This document shows positions 48,656 to 58,317 of a stretch of 64,000 nucleotides of DNA, piece by piece (within the stretch, counting starts at the first letter, position 1; every line of letters starts with the position of its first letter). Both the position numbers and the translations under genes were made by a program. This DNA is from Planctomycetota bacterium (GTDB lineage Bacteria > Planctomycetota > UBA8108 > SXIK01), in contig CBDCXR010000004.1 of the NCBI GenBank assembly GCA_965223845.1, positions 4,544,001 through 4,608,000 on the forward strand, written 5' to 3'. The notes under the pieces are model-generated. The model saw nothing but the letters and a program-made list of their open reading frames with translations. It searched no databases and was not told the origin of the DNA.

Positions 48656-50092
48656 TCAGACGAGGATCTCTCGGACGACTCGTGACGGCTCGACTCCCGT
48701 GAGTCTCTGATCGAGTCCCTGGTGCGGGAACGTAAGGCGTCGGTGATCGATGCCGAGAAGATGCAGCATCGTCGCGTGAAGATCGCGCACGTGGACCGGG
48801 TCCTCGACGATGTTGTAGCTGAAATCGTCGGTTTTCCCGAAGTGCATACCGCCTCGGATCCCTCCGCCGGCGAGCCAACCGGAGAAGCAGCGCGGATGAT
48901 GGTCGCGTCCGTAGTTGTCGCGCGTGATGTTTCCCTGACCGAACACGGTGCGACCGAACTCACCGGCGAAGACGACGAGAGTCTCGTCGAGGAGTCCGCG
49001 AGACTTCAGGTCATCGAGCAGGGCGGCGGTCGGCTGGTCGACGTCGAGGCACTGCCCTCTCATGTTGTCGGGGAGGCGCGAATGATGGTCCCACCCGCGA
49101 TGGAACAGCTGAATGAAGCGCACGTCGCGCTCGACCATCCGGCGGGCGAGGAGGCAGTTCCGCGCGTACGAGCCGGGCTTCTCCACTTCCGGGCCGTACT
49201 TTTCTAGGATCTTCTTCGGCTCGCTCGCGATGTTCGTCAGCTCGGGGACGGACGCTTGCATACGAAACGCCATCTCCTGCTGCGCGATCGTCGTCTGGAT
49301 CTCGGGATCGCCGATCTCCGCGAGATGCTTCTGGTTGAGCGCCGCGAGCGAATCGAGCATCCGTCGTCGCACTCGCGCATCGACGCCGCCTGGATTCGAA
49401 AGAAAGAGCACCGGGTCGCCCGTCGTCTGAAACGAGGTTCCCTGATGCTTTGAGGGAAGAAAGCCGCTCCCCCAGAGGCGCGCGTAGAGTGCTTGGACGT
49501 TGACCTTACCCCGCCAAAACGCCGAGGGAAGAACGACGAAGTCGGGAAGGTCTTGATTGAGCGACCCGAGGCCGTAGCTCAGCCACGAGCCCATGCTCGG
49601 CTTCCCGGGGATCTCGGCTCCCGTGCAGAACGATGTCTTTCCCGGGTCGTGATTGATCGCGTTCGTATTGAACGTGTGAATGAAGCAGAGCTCGTCCGCC
49701 GCCGCCGAAAGGTGCGGGAGGAGCTCGCTCATCCAGACGCCGCTCTCGCCGCGGCGGATGAAGTCGAACCGTGACGGGGCGATGAGCTGCTCCCGTCCCC
49801 GCGTCATCGTCGTGACCCGCTGTCCGCGGCTCACCGACTTCGGAAGCTCGGCGCGAAACAGTCGGTGAAGATCGGGTTTGTAGTCGAAGAGGTCGACCTG
49901 ACTCGGCGCGCCCGCCATGAAGAGAAAGATCACCCGCTTCGCCTTCGCCGGGTGGTGAAGCCCGGTCGGGGCCGCGAGGCCGGCGCGCGGTGCGAGCGAC
50001 GCCAGTGCCGCCACGCCGAGTCCCATCCCCGAGTTCAGCAGGAACGAGCGGCGCGATTGGAGATCGGCCGCGGTCTCAAAGCTAGTCATCAT
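48656..50092 (-). CDS. DUF1501 domain protein (Tat-exported), copy 3
   Basis: SRRSFL; GAPSQVDLFDYKP; GWDHH; GEFGRT; GRDHH. Confidence 0.92.
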   Translation of the reverse strand: MMTSFETAADLQSRRSFLLNSGMGLGVAALASLAPRAGLAAPTGLHHPAKAKRVIFLFMAGAPSQVDLFDYKPDLHRLFRAELPKSVSRGQRVTTMTRGREQLIAPSRFDFIRRGESGVWMSELLPHLSAAADELCFIHTFNTNAINHDPGKTSFCTGAEIPGKPSMGSWLSYGLGSLNQDLPDFVVLPSAFWRGKVNVQALYARLWGSGFLPSKHQGTSFQTTGDPVLFLSNPGGVDARVRRRMLDSLAALNQKHLAEIGDPEIQTTIAQQEMAFRMQASVPELTNIASEPKKILEKYGPEVEKPGSYARNCLLARRMVERDVRFIQLFHRGWDHHSRLPDNMRGQCLDVDQPTAALLDDLKSRGLLDETLVVFAGEFGRTVFGQGNITRDNYGRDHHPRCFSGWLAGGGIRGGMHFGKTDDFSYNIVEDPVHVRDLHATMLHLLGIDHRRLTFPHQGLDQRLTGVEPSRVVREILV

Positions 50093-50102
50093 TCCGCTCC
50101 GC

Positions 50103-52541
50103 TCACTCGCGAGTCTTCGTGATGTCGAGGTTGTACACTGCGTTCACGAGCATGGTCCACGCGCCGAGCTCCGCCTTGTCCTCGCTCTCCTCCGGCGAGA
50201 CTCCACGACAAATTTCCTCCGCAAGAGCGGGACTTTCGCGGTAGAGAGCGTGCAGCTCCTCGACGAGATCGGAAAGCACCTTACGTTCCCGCGCGTCGGG
50301 CAAGTTCGAGGTCACGATCTCATAGACGAGATCGATTCGTCCCTCGAGCGTCAGGCCTTCCTCCGCGAGGGCGCGCTGCGCGAGATGCCGGGCGGCCTTC
50401 AGGTATTCCGCCTCGTTGAGAAGGAGCAATGCTTGCGAAGGGGTGTTCGTCCGTTCGCGGCGCGCGACGCAGGCGTCGCGAATCGGGGCATTGAGGATCG
50501 TCATCTGTGGCGGAGGCATCCCGCGCTTCCAATACGTGTAGACACTCCGGCGGTAGATGGCGTCTCCTTCGTCCGGCCGGAAGCGCTCGCCGATCATCGT
50601 GACCGCCTTCCAAAGGCCGTCCGGCTGCGGCGGCTTGACGCTCCGCCCGAACATTCGGTTGGCGAGGAGGCCGCTCGTCGCGAGGATTTGGTCACGAATC
50701 ATCTCGGCGTCCATCCGAAAGCGAGACCCGCGCGCGAGCAGCCGGTTCTCCGGGTCCGTCCGAAACTCGTCCGGAGACGCGACGGAACTCTGCCGATAGG
50801 TCTTCGACAACACGATCTCTTTGACGAGGGCCTTTACGTCCCAGCCCGAATTCATGAACGAGACCGAGAGGTAGTCGAGGAGATCGGGATGGCTCGGGAG
50901 CTCGCCCTGAGTTCCCAAGTCCTCCGACGTCTTCACCAACCCGACGCCGAAAAACTGCTGCCAGAACCGGTTGACCGCGACGCGCGCGGTGAGGGGATTT
51001 GTCCGATCGACGAACCACTCGGCCAGATCGAGGCGCGTCGCAACGGCGCCTCGCCGCTTCATCGGCGGCAGGAATGCGGGAGCATCGCGCGAAACTTCCT
51101 CACCGGGATCGTCGTACTGACCCCGTTTCATGACATGAGTCGAGCGGATCTCCTTCCGCTCCTTCATCACCATGGCCCGCGGCATCGCACGATCGAGCTC
51201 CGTGCGTCTCGCTTCGAGCCCGTTCTTTTTCTCGGTGAGTTCGGCCGCCGCGCGCTCGAGCCGCTCCTTGACTTCGTCGCCGCTCGCTTCCTTCGCGGCC
51301 TTCTCGGCTCGCTTGAGCTCGGGGTCGAGTGAGGTCAGTTGCTCCGTCAACGAGCGCAGCTCTCGCTTCTGCTCCGGCGTGCCGATCGTCACGAACGGGG
51401 GTTGGAGGCCGTTCCGCGGCGCGCCGTTCGTCTCCGGCGCCGCGTCGATGTTGTTGAAGAACGCAAAGAGCGAATAGAAATCTCGCTGAGTGAGCGGATC
51501 GAACTTGTGGTCGTGGCACGAAGCGCAGTGCACGGTCATTCCGAGAAACGCCGTTCCGACCGCCGTGACTCGGTCGACGACGTTCTTGAAGAAGCTCTCT
51601 TCGGGGAGCGCCGTTCCCCGGTCGATGATGAGGTGGAGTCGATTGAATCCGGAGGCGACGAGCTGGTCGTCGGTCGGATCGGAGAAGAGATCGCCGGCGA
51701 GCTGGTAGCGGACGAAGTCGTCGTAGCCGAGTCCGTCGTTGAACGCGCGGATCACCCAATCGCGATAGGCGTGAAGATTGCGATAGAAATCTTTGTGCAT
51801 CCCGTTCGTGTCGGCGAAGCGAACGAGGTCGAGCCAGTAGCGCGTCATGTGCTCGCCGTACTGCTCACGCGCCAGCAGACGATCGACGAGGGATTCGTAG
51901 GCGTTCGGGCGATCGTCGGCGAGAAACGCTCGCACCTCTTCGCGGGTCGGCGGTAAGCCGGTGAGGTCGAAGGTCACTCGGCGGATGAGGGTACGCTTGT
52001 CCGCCTCTGGGGAGGGCTTTCGCCCCTCGGCTTCCAGCCGCCGCAGGACGAAAAGGTCGATCGCGCGATCGCTCCACGCGCGATCGGTCACGTCGGGGAG
52101 GGGCGGCATCCGTGGAGTGATGAACGACCAGTAGTCCTCGTAGACCGCACCCGCTTCGATCCACCGCCGGATGACACCCAGCTCGTCCTCGGTGAACGGT
52201 TTCTTGTGGGCGCTCTCCGGCGGCATCCGATCGTCCGGATCGGACGTCGTGATCCGTCGCCAGACCTCACTCTTCTCAGCGGACCCCGGAACGATCGCCG
52301 ACACGCCGCCGCGCGATCGGTACGCGCCGTCGTCTCCCGTCGCGCGGTCGAGCCGGAGCTTCGCATTGCGGCCGTGAGTGTCGGGGCCGTGGCACGAAAA
52401 ACACCGATTCGCGAGCAGAGGCCGAATGTCACGGTTGAACGAGGCTTCGCGCGGGGAAGCGTCCGCCCCGCCGCCGACGGCGAGCGCTACGAACCAAGCG
52501 AGAACCAGCGATGGCCAGGGAAGTCTTCGTCGCGAATTCAT
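50103..52541 (-). CDS. Planctomycete cytochrome c + DUF1549 + DUF1553 protein, copy 3
   Basis: FNRDIRP..CFSCH; YGEHM..YWLD; CASCHDHKFDP; NPLTARVAVNRFWQ; RERTNTP.QAL. Confidence 0.92.
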   Translation of the reverse strand: MNSRRRLPWPSLVLAWFVALAVGGGADASPREASFNRDIRPLLANRCFSCHGPDTHGRNAKLRLDRATGDDGAYRSRGGVSAIVPGSAEKSEVWRRITTSDPDDRMPPESAHKKPFTEDELGVIRRWIEAGAVYEDYWSFITPRMPPLPDVTDRAWSDRAIDLFVLRRLEAEGRKPSPEADKRTLIRRVTFDLTGLPPTREEVRAFLADDRPNAYESLVDRLLAREQYGEHMTRYWLDLVRFADTNGMHKDFYRNLHAYRDWVIRAFNDGLGYDDFVRYQLAGDLFSDPTDDQLVASGFNRLHLIIDRGTALPEESFFKNVVDRVTAVGTAFLGMTVHCASCHDHKFDPLTQRDFYSLFAFFNNIDAAPETNGAPRNGLQPPFVTIGTPEQKRELRSLTEQLTSLDPELKRAEKAAKEASGDEVKERLERAAAELTEKKNGLEARRTELDRAMPRAMVMKERKEIRSTHVMKRGQYDDPGEEVSRDAPAFLPPMKRRGAVATRLDLAEWFVDRTNPLTARVAVNRFWQQFFGVGLVKTSEDLGTQGELPSHPDLLDYLSVSFMNSGWDVKALVKEIVLSKTYRQSSVASPDEFRTDPENRLLARGSRFRMDAEMIRDQILATSGLLANRMFGRSVKPPQPDGLWKAVTMIGERFRPDEGDAIYRRSVYTYWKRGMPPPQMTILNAPIRDACVARRERTNTPSQALLLLNEAEYLKAARHLAQRALAEEGLTLEGRIDLVYEIVTSNLPDARERKVLSDLVEELHALYRESPALAEEICRGVSPEESEDKAELGAWTMLVNAVYNLDITKTRE

Positions 52542-52757
52542 CGGGCAGTCCAGAGGGTCCGTCTCCGGTGGGTACGAGCGTCACACTGAGTCTCCCACCC
52601 CCCGGAGTTTCCATCCTCTTCGAAGGGCGAAGCGAAGTCTACGGGCTGGGCAGAGGATCCGGGCGCGCGCATTTCCCCGCCGCGAACCGGCGGAAGTCGA
52701 GACGATTCGGAGGATGTTTGAGCGGACGAACCACGGACCGGCTCGAGGCCCGGCACG

Positions 52758-52785
52758 ATCTTCTAATTTACTAGAAGATTCTAGT
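52758..52785. promoter_or_regulatory. Putative BlaI-family operator (overlapping inverted repeats)
   Basis: ATCTTCTA-N6-TAGAAGAT (52758-52779) overlaps ACTAGAA-GA-TTCTAGT (52770-52785) in an AT-rich patch 70 bp upstream of the blaI-like ATG. Confidence 0.6.
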
Positions 52786-52854
52786 GGACCCGGCGCTCGA
52801 TCTCGACCACCTTCTATGAAACTCGAAGATCAGTGGAAAGCGAGGTGCGAACCG

Positions 52855-53247
52855 ATGGCCCGACCCGCAGCCGCCCACCCGACCGAGCTCGAGCTGCAGA
52901 TCCTCAAGATTCTGTGGCACGAGTCCCCCCAGCGCGTGCGCGACATCCGCCTCGCGCTCGCCAACGAAGGGCGGGACGTCGCGCACACCTCGGTCATCAC
53001 GACTCTCAATTCGATGTTCGAAAAGCGTCTCCTCAAGCGGCAGAAGGATGCCAATGCGTTTCTCTTCGCGCCGCGGGTGAGTCGCGAACAGACTTCACGG
53101 CGGATGCTCGGCGACGTCGTCGGGCGGGTGTTCGACGGCTCAGCGAAGCAGGTCATGCTCAGCCTGTTCGATTGCGCGGACATCGACGCGGACGAGCTAA
53201 AGGAGCTGCGGCGGCTGATCAACTCCCGCATTCGGGAATCGTCCTGA
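52855..53247 (+). CDS. BlaI/MecI/CopY family transcriptional repressor
   Basis: PTELELQILKILW; AHTSVITTL; VFDGS; ELKELRRLI. Confidence 0.92.
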   Translation: MARPAAAHPTELELQILKILWHESPQRVRDIRLALANEGRDVAHTSVITTLNSMFEKRLLKRQKDANAFLFAPRVSREQTSRRMLGDVVGRVFDGSAKQVMLSLFDCADIDADELKELRRLINSRIRESS

Positions 53248-53271
53248 CGGAAACGGAAAGGAGGCCCCACG

Positions 53272-55434
53272 GTGAACGTCTTCGAAGCCCTGAACTCATT
53301 TGTTCCGCTCGATAGCGAACTGTGTGTCCGCTGGACGCAGACGCTCCTCCATTCGGTGTGGCAGGGGATCGCCGCCGCCCTGGTAGTATTCTCCGTGAGC
53401 CGCCTCGGGAGGGCTTCCGCGCAGACTCGGTATTCGGTGAACGTCGTCGCGATTCTTCTGCTCGCGATCGCGTTGCCGGTGACGTTCGTCTCGGTGCCGG
53501 CTCGAGTCGCAGACGCTCCGGACGGGGCGGCGGCGCGAGGCGCGAACGCGTCAGTGACGCCAGAAGCGGCGACGCCCACCGAAGCCGCGACTCGAGACGT
53601 CACCGCATCGGCCGACGAACCGGCTCTCGCCCCGCTCCCTGTTCCCGCAGCTCCGCGGCACCGCTCTCTCGAGCTCGCTGACATCGCGCCGCTCGCCACC
53701 GTCCTCTACGCCTTGGGAGTTTTCTTCATGCTCGCCCGACTCGCGCGGGCGGTGTGGAGCAGCCGCGGTTTGCGGCACCGCGCCACGCCCATTACCGACG
53801 GCGAGGCGCTCGCGATCCTGCGCCGGCAAGCTCGACGCGCAGGCCTCCGGGCGACGCCGGCGTTCGCGACCTGCCGGCGGATCACCGTTCCAGTCGTGGT
53901 CGGCGTCGTTCGACCAAGCATCCTCCTCCCGCTTTCGCTCGCGTCGGGACTCGCTCCGGCCCATCTCGAAGCAATCCTCGCGCACGAGCTCGCTCACGTG
54001 CGCCGTCACGACGTCCTCGTTCATCTGTTCCTGCGCTTGATCGAGGCGCTCCTGTTCTTCCATCCCGCCGTCTGGTACGTGAGCCGCCGAATTCGGATCG
54101 AGCGAGAACGAGTGTGCGACGATCTCGCTATCGCCTCGGGCTGCGAGCGTTCGAACTACGTCGATGCGCTTCTGGGAATCGCCGAACGCACTCGACCGGC
54201 GTGGCCGAGCGAGGCGATCGCGCTCGCTGCCTCCGGAGCTCGCCCTTCGGAGTTCAAGCGCCGGATCCTGCGGCTGCTCGGAGAGCGCGAGGTCGACGAG
54301 CGCTTCACTCGCGCCGCGCTCTGCGTGCACCTCGCTCTCGTCGCGTCGCTCCTCGCCGTTCCCGTCGTCGCGCGAGGTCTCGAGAGCGAACGACCGCCGA
54401 CCGACGTGGTGAGAACCGACGATCGAGATGAGCCTCTCGCGAGCCGGCCGAAGGAGGATCCCGAAGCTCCGCGCCCCGTCGAGGAACATCCCGAGACGCC
54501 GACACCGTCGACCGCGCCGGCGAGCTCGGGAGTGGTCGTCTGGCGGATCGACTGCACGAGCCCCGCGCGGACGAGCGCCGACGCGAGAAAGTTCGGCGAC
54601 AAAAGGTTTCGTTCGATCCTGCAGGTCGCAAAGTCGTTCGACATCCCGCCGACGGACATTCTCATCAGCGACCCCACCATGACGAGTCGGCGAGATCGCA
54701 ACGACGACGAGAGGATCCTTGGACACGAACAGCGGCAGACTCTCTGGATCCTCCAGCAAGACACAACTCAGTTCGATGTGCTCTTCGCGAAGATCGCGCA
54801 GTTCGCATCGGAGCATGTACGGCTCCAGGTCGAGTTCGTGATGAAAGAAGCGTGGACTCTTTCTCCCGTTTCCGACCCCGACGCAGTCTACTGGTCGACG
54901 ACGCTCCGCGGTTCCGCGGACAAACTCTTCCGTGCGAAGGAGTGGTACGAGAAGAGCGAGCGAAGCCTCCGTGAGATTCTCGATTCCTTTGCGATCGGAA
55001 AAACCGAGCTCGCGATCGGTCCCCCGCGCGTGAAGACCCACCTCAGTAAGACGGAACCCACCCGACCGAGCGGGTACTCGTTCACGCGCGATTTAGAGTT
55101 CGTGCTCCGCGACTCCTCGCGCTTCGAAGCGCTGTTCGAGGCCCTCTCGAAGAAGTTGGGGGACGACACCCGACTCGAATACCGCGTCGGAGCACGCGTC
55201 GAGACGCACTCGTCGCGCCGATTCATCGCTCGACTGCGCGAGCTCCAACGCGATCAGTCGCCGACGCTCACGTCCCCGGCGACGGTGAAGCGGATCGAGG
55301 CCTACGAGTGGGCCTTTCGTCTCCAGACGCTCATCGGCGGATCGGTGGGGAGAATGAGAACGCTCGAATCGGTCGAGCGGGCCGAGTCTCGCTCGGACGA
55401 TTCGGCCGACTCGGATTCGAAACTTCGCTTCTGA
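53272..55434 (+). CDS. M56 (BlaR1-like) metallopeptidase/sensor with atypical C-terminal domain
   Basis: LLHSVWQG; HELAHVRRHD; FFHPAVW; ERERVCDD; GGAGG RBS. Confidence 0.88.
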   Translation: MNVFEALNSFVPLDSELCVRWTQTLLHSVWQGIAAALVVFSVSRLGRASAQTRYSVNVVAILLLAIALPVTFVSVPARVADAPDGAAARGANASVTPEAATPTEAATRDVTASADEPALAPLPVPAAPRHRSLELADIAPLATVLYALGVFFMLARLARAVWSSRGLRHRATPITDGEALAILRRQARRAGLRATPAFATCRRITVPVVVGVVRPSILLPLSLASGLAPAHLEAILAHELAHVRRHDVLVHLFLRLIEALLFFHPAVWYVSRRIRIERERVCDDLAIASGCERSNYVDALLGIAERTRPAWPSEAIALAASGARPSEFKRRILRLLGEREVDERFTRAALCVHLALVASLLAVPVVARGLESERPPTDVVRTDDRDEPLASRPKEDPEAPRPVEEHPETPTPSTAPASSGVVVWRIDCTSPARTSADARKFGDKRFRSILQVAKSFDIPPTDILISDPTMTSRRDRNDDERILGHEQRQTLWILQQDTTQFDVLFAKIAQFASEHVRLQVEFVMKEAWTLSPVSDPDAVYWSTTLRGSADKLFRAKEWYEKSERSLREILDSFAIGKTELAIGPPRVKTHLSKTEPTRPSGYSFTRDLEFVLRDSSRFEALFEALSKKLGDDTRLEYRVGARVETHSSRRFIARLRELQRDQSPTLTSPATVKRIEAYEWAFRLQTLIGGSVGRMRTLESVERAESRSDDSADSDSKLRF

Positions 55435-55463
55435 GCCGGTGCGCACGGAACTACCCTGGGGGC

Positions 55464-55997
55464 ATGCAGCAGAACGAGCCCCGAGACCGACCGCTTCTCG
55501 TTCGATCCGCCGAGCGGGCCGACATCGCCGCCCTCACTCGGATCTTGAATCACTACATTCGAGAGACGCACATCACGTTCAACACAGAGGTGGTCTCCGA
55601 GGATGCTCGTATTGCGTGGCTCGAATCGTTCTCTCCGAGCGGCCCGCATCGTCTGCTCGTCGCCGCGATCGACGAGCGCGTCGTCGGCTGGGCCTCGAGC
55701 CACTCGCTCCGGTCGCAGGCCGCGTACCATCGCTCGGTCGAGACATCGATCTATCTCGACGCCGACAACTGCGGCCGGGGCGTCGGCCGCGCGCTCTATT
55801 CGCGCCTCCTCGATGAGCTTCGCCGCGAGAGCTCGGTGCATCGCGCGTTCGCCGGCATCGCGCTCCCGAATCCGGCATCGATCGCGCTTCACGAGCGACT
55901 AGGCTTCGAGGTCGTCGGGACGTTTCGCGAGGTCGGCCACAAATTCGGCCGGTACTGGGACGTGCGCTGGTACGAGAAAGATCTTTCGGGGAATTGA
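55464..55997 (+). CDS. GNAT N-acetyltransferase (Pat/YncA/MddA-like)
   Basis: VETSIYL; GRGVGRALY; PNPASIALHERLGF; VGHKFGRYWD. Confidence 0.92.
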   Translation: MQQNEPRDRPLLVRSAERADIAALTRILNHYIRETHITFNTEVVSEDARIAWLESFSPSGPHRLLVAAIDERVVGWASSHSLRSQAAYHRSVETSIYLDADNCGRGVGRALYSRLLDELRRESSVHRAFAGIALPNPASIALHERLGFEVVGTFREVGHKFGRYWDVRWYEKDLSGN

Positions 55998-56792
55998 CGC
56001 CGTTCTCGTTCCCCTACCCGTCCCCGATCAGTCCGCCGCGTCCGAATCGATCTCGGCGATCAACCCGTCGACCTCACTTCGCGATCCGCGCGACTCCGCG
56101 AAATCGAGCAGCGCTTGATCGTGAGCCAACTGCTTCGGCCTGAGCTCGGGCGTGATCGCGGCGCCGAGTCGACGTCTCGCGGTCGACGTCGCAACAGAAG
56201 AGCGACTGTCGCTTCGCGAACCGCGCCGGCGAACCACGTTCGCGAGACGGACCCGCGGTCACGTCATTACTCGAAAGCCTTCGCTGTCCCGATCACCACA
56301 CCGCGCTCGGATGGTTGATCTATTGAGCGAAATATGTCGCGTTTTTAGGTCATATTCGAGTCGGCGCGGGAAAAATCTCCCGATCGTCTGTGAGTTTTAA
56401 CGCACCGCTCTTACCAGCTTCGCAACCGCGCGGCGAAGCGTTGGTATCGATGTCGATCGATGCTACTCTCACGCGTCGAAGCGAGAACCTCGGAAGCGCG
56501 ACACGTACTTCAGAGCGACGTCGACTCGCTCACGCGAATGGAACGAAATCGCTTCCGTTCGAATCCCGCGATCGCCAAGCGAAGACGGCGGTGCTCGTAG
56601 CCGACGACGTCGACGAGACGAGCGACTCGGCCGATCGGCGCGCCAAGCGGCGATCGAAGGAACGTCGACACGCGGCGCGGCTTTCGACGGTTCCGTTCCG
56701 CACTGACTCGCGGCCTTTCGTTGTGTCGGCTCCTCGAGGAGGAGCGCGGATGGTGCGGCGAGTCGATCCCGATTGGAGAAAGCAAGAGACCA

Positions 56793-58154
56793 TTGAACAC
56801 CCGCCGACTCCCTCTCCATCGTCGTTGCCTCACCGGCGCGACGGCGCTTCTTTTCGTTTCTAGCGCAGCTCTCTTCGCCGGTGACGTCGACGCTCCTCAA
56901 AAACCGCTCGGTTCCTCCGGCCCGCCGTCGATCGATACGGTCGCCGCCGCGCCCGCCGCGCCGTCTCCGGCGATCGACGGGGCGAGCGCACCGCCGGGAG
57001 AACCGCATCTCGGGCTGCTCGACTCGCTCTGGGAGGCACTTTCGGAAGGGGACGTTCTTCTCAATCTCCGCGCCCGCGCCGAGATCGTCGAGCAGGACGG
57101 AACGGACACCGCGCAAGCGTACACGGAGCGCCTGCGTCTCGGATACGAGACCGGCTCGTTTCACGGATTCTCGCTCCTCGCCGAGTTCGAGGACATTCGC
57201 TCGGCCGACGAGAGCCTCTACAACGCCGCCGGACTAAACGGTGAGCCGAACAAAGCGATGGTTTTCGATCCCGAAGACACAGAGCTCAATCAGTTCCTCG
57301 CTCGCTACAAGAGTGAGTACGTCAACGTCGTCGCCGGACGTCAGCGGCTCCTGCTCGACGACCATCGCTTCGTCGGCAACGTCGGCTGGCGACAAAACGA
57401 ACAGACCTTCGATGCCTATACGGTGTCGTCCACCCGGATTCCCGATACGTCGCTTCTCTACAGCTACGTCGACGACGTCAACCGCATCTTCGGCCCCGAC
57501 TCGGGTCGCGACTTTGAGTCCGACTCGCACCTCCTCAACGCGTCCTACTCGGGGCTTCCCGTTGGGAAGCTCACGGCGTATTCCTACTTTCTCGATTTCC
57601 CGAACGCCGACGCCAACTCGTCCAACTCCTTCGGCGCTCGTCTGACCGGCTCACAAGAGGTCGCCTCCGATTTCGATCTGCGTTACGCCGCCGCGTACGC
57701 GTACCAGGTCGACGCGGCGAACAATCCGAACGACTACGAAGCTCACTACTACTCGGCCGAAGGAGTCATCGCGAAGAAGGGACTCGGAAGACTCGGCGTC
57801 GGCTACGAGGTTCTCGGGAGCGACCACGGGAACTTCGCGTTCCGCACGCCTCTCGCCACGCTCCACAAGTTCAGCGGCTGGACGGATCTCTTTCTCGTGA
57901 CACCGCCGGACGGACTCGAGGACGTCTACATCCTCGCCGGTGTCGATCTACCGTTCGGAATCCAATCGCTCGCGGTCTACCACTTCTTCTTCTCCGAGGA
58001 TCGCAGCCGCGATCTCGGCGGCGAGATCGATGCCGTCATGAGCAAGACCTTTGCGGATCGCGTCACCGTCCTCGGGAAGCTCGCGATCTTTCACAGCGAA
58101 TCCGAGCTGCCCAAGACGCAGAAGTTTTGGGTCCAGGTCGAGCTCAAGATCTGA
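56793..58154 (+). CDS. Alginate-export family outer-membrane beta-barrel porin
   Basis: Signal peptide; DPEDTELNQ, GRQR..LDDHRFVGNVGWRQNEQTFDA, YEVLGSD, TPLATLHKF.GW.D.F; ends KFWVQVELKI. TTG start inferred. Confidence 0.85.
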   Translation: MNTRRLPLHRRCLTGATALLFVSSAALFAGDVDAPQKPLGSSGPPSIDTVAAAPAAPSPAIDGASAPPGEPHLGLLDSLWEALSEGDVLLNLRARAEIVEQDGTDTAQAYTERLRLGYETGSFHGFSLLAEFEDIRSADESLYNAAGLNGEPNKAMVFDPEDTELNQFLARYKSEYVNVVAGRQRLLLDDHRFVGNVGWRQNEQTFDAYTVSSTRIPDTSLLYSYVDDVNRIFGPDSGRDFESDSHLLNASYSGLPVGKLTAYSYFLDFPNADANSSNSFGARLTGSQEVASDFDLRYAAAYAYQVDAANNPNDYEAHYYSAEGVIAKKGLGRLGVGYEVLGSDHGNFAFRTPLATLHKFSGWTDLFLVTPPDGLEDVYILAGVDLPFGIQSLAVYHFFFSEDRSRDLGGEIDAVMSKTFADRVTVLGKLAIFHSESELPKTQKFWVQVELKI

Positions 58155-58317
58155 CCGGCTCGAGAACGGATGGGGCCCGGCCGACTCCAACGTCGGCTTG
58201 CGCTCTCCCCGCGTTCTCCCTACGATCCCCGTGTCGACAAATTCGTGAGATTCGTAGCATCTGCGTGGACTTCGAGACTTCGGCTGCGAATCGTCCGACA
58301 CGCACGGAGATTCGTGG

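Noticed and set aside
52855-55434. Beta-lactam resistance locus
   Set aside because: No beta-lactamase or penicillin-binding (SxxK) sensor domain is recognisable; only the regulatory fold is shared.
56560-56670. ANTAR-type twin hairpins in the porin leader
   Set aside because: The hairpins do not show the paired hexaloop pattern, and GC stems arise easily by chance here.
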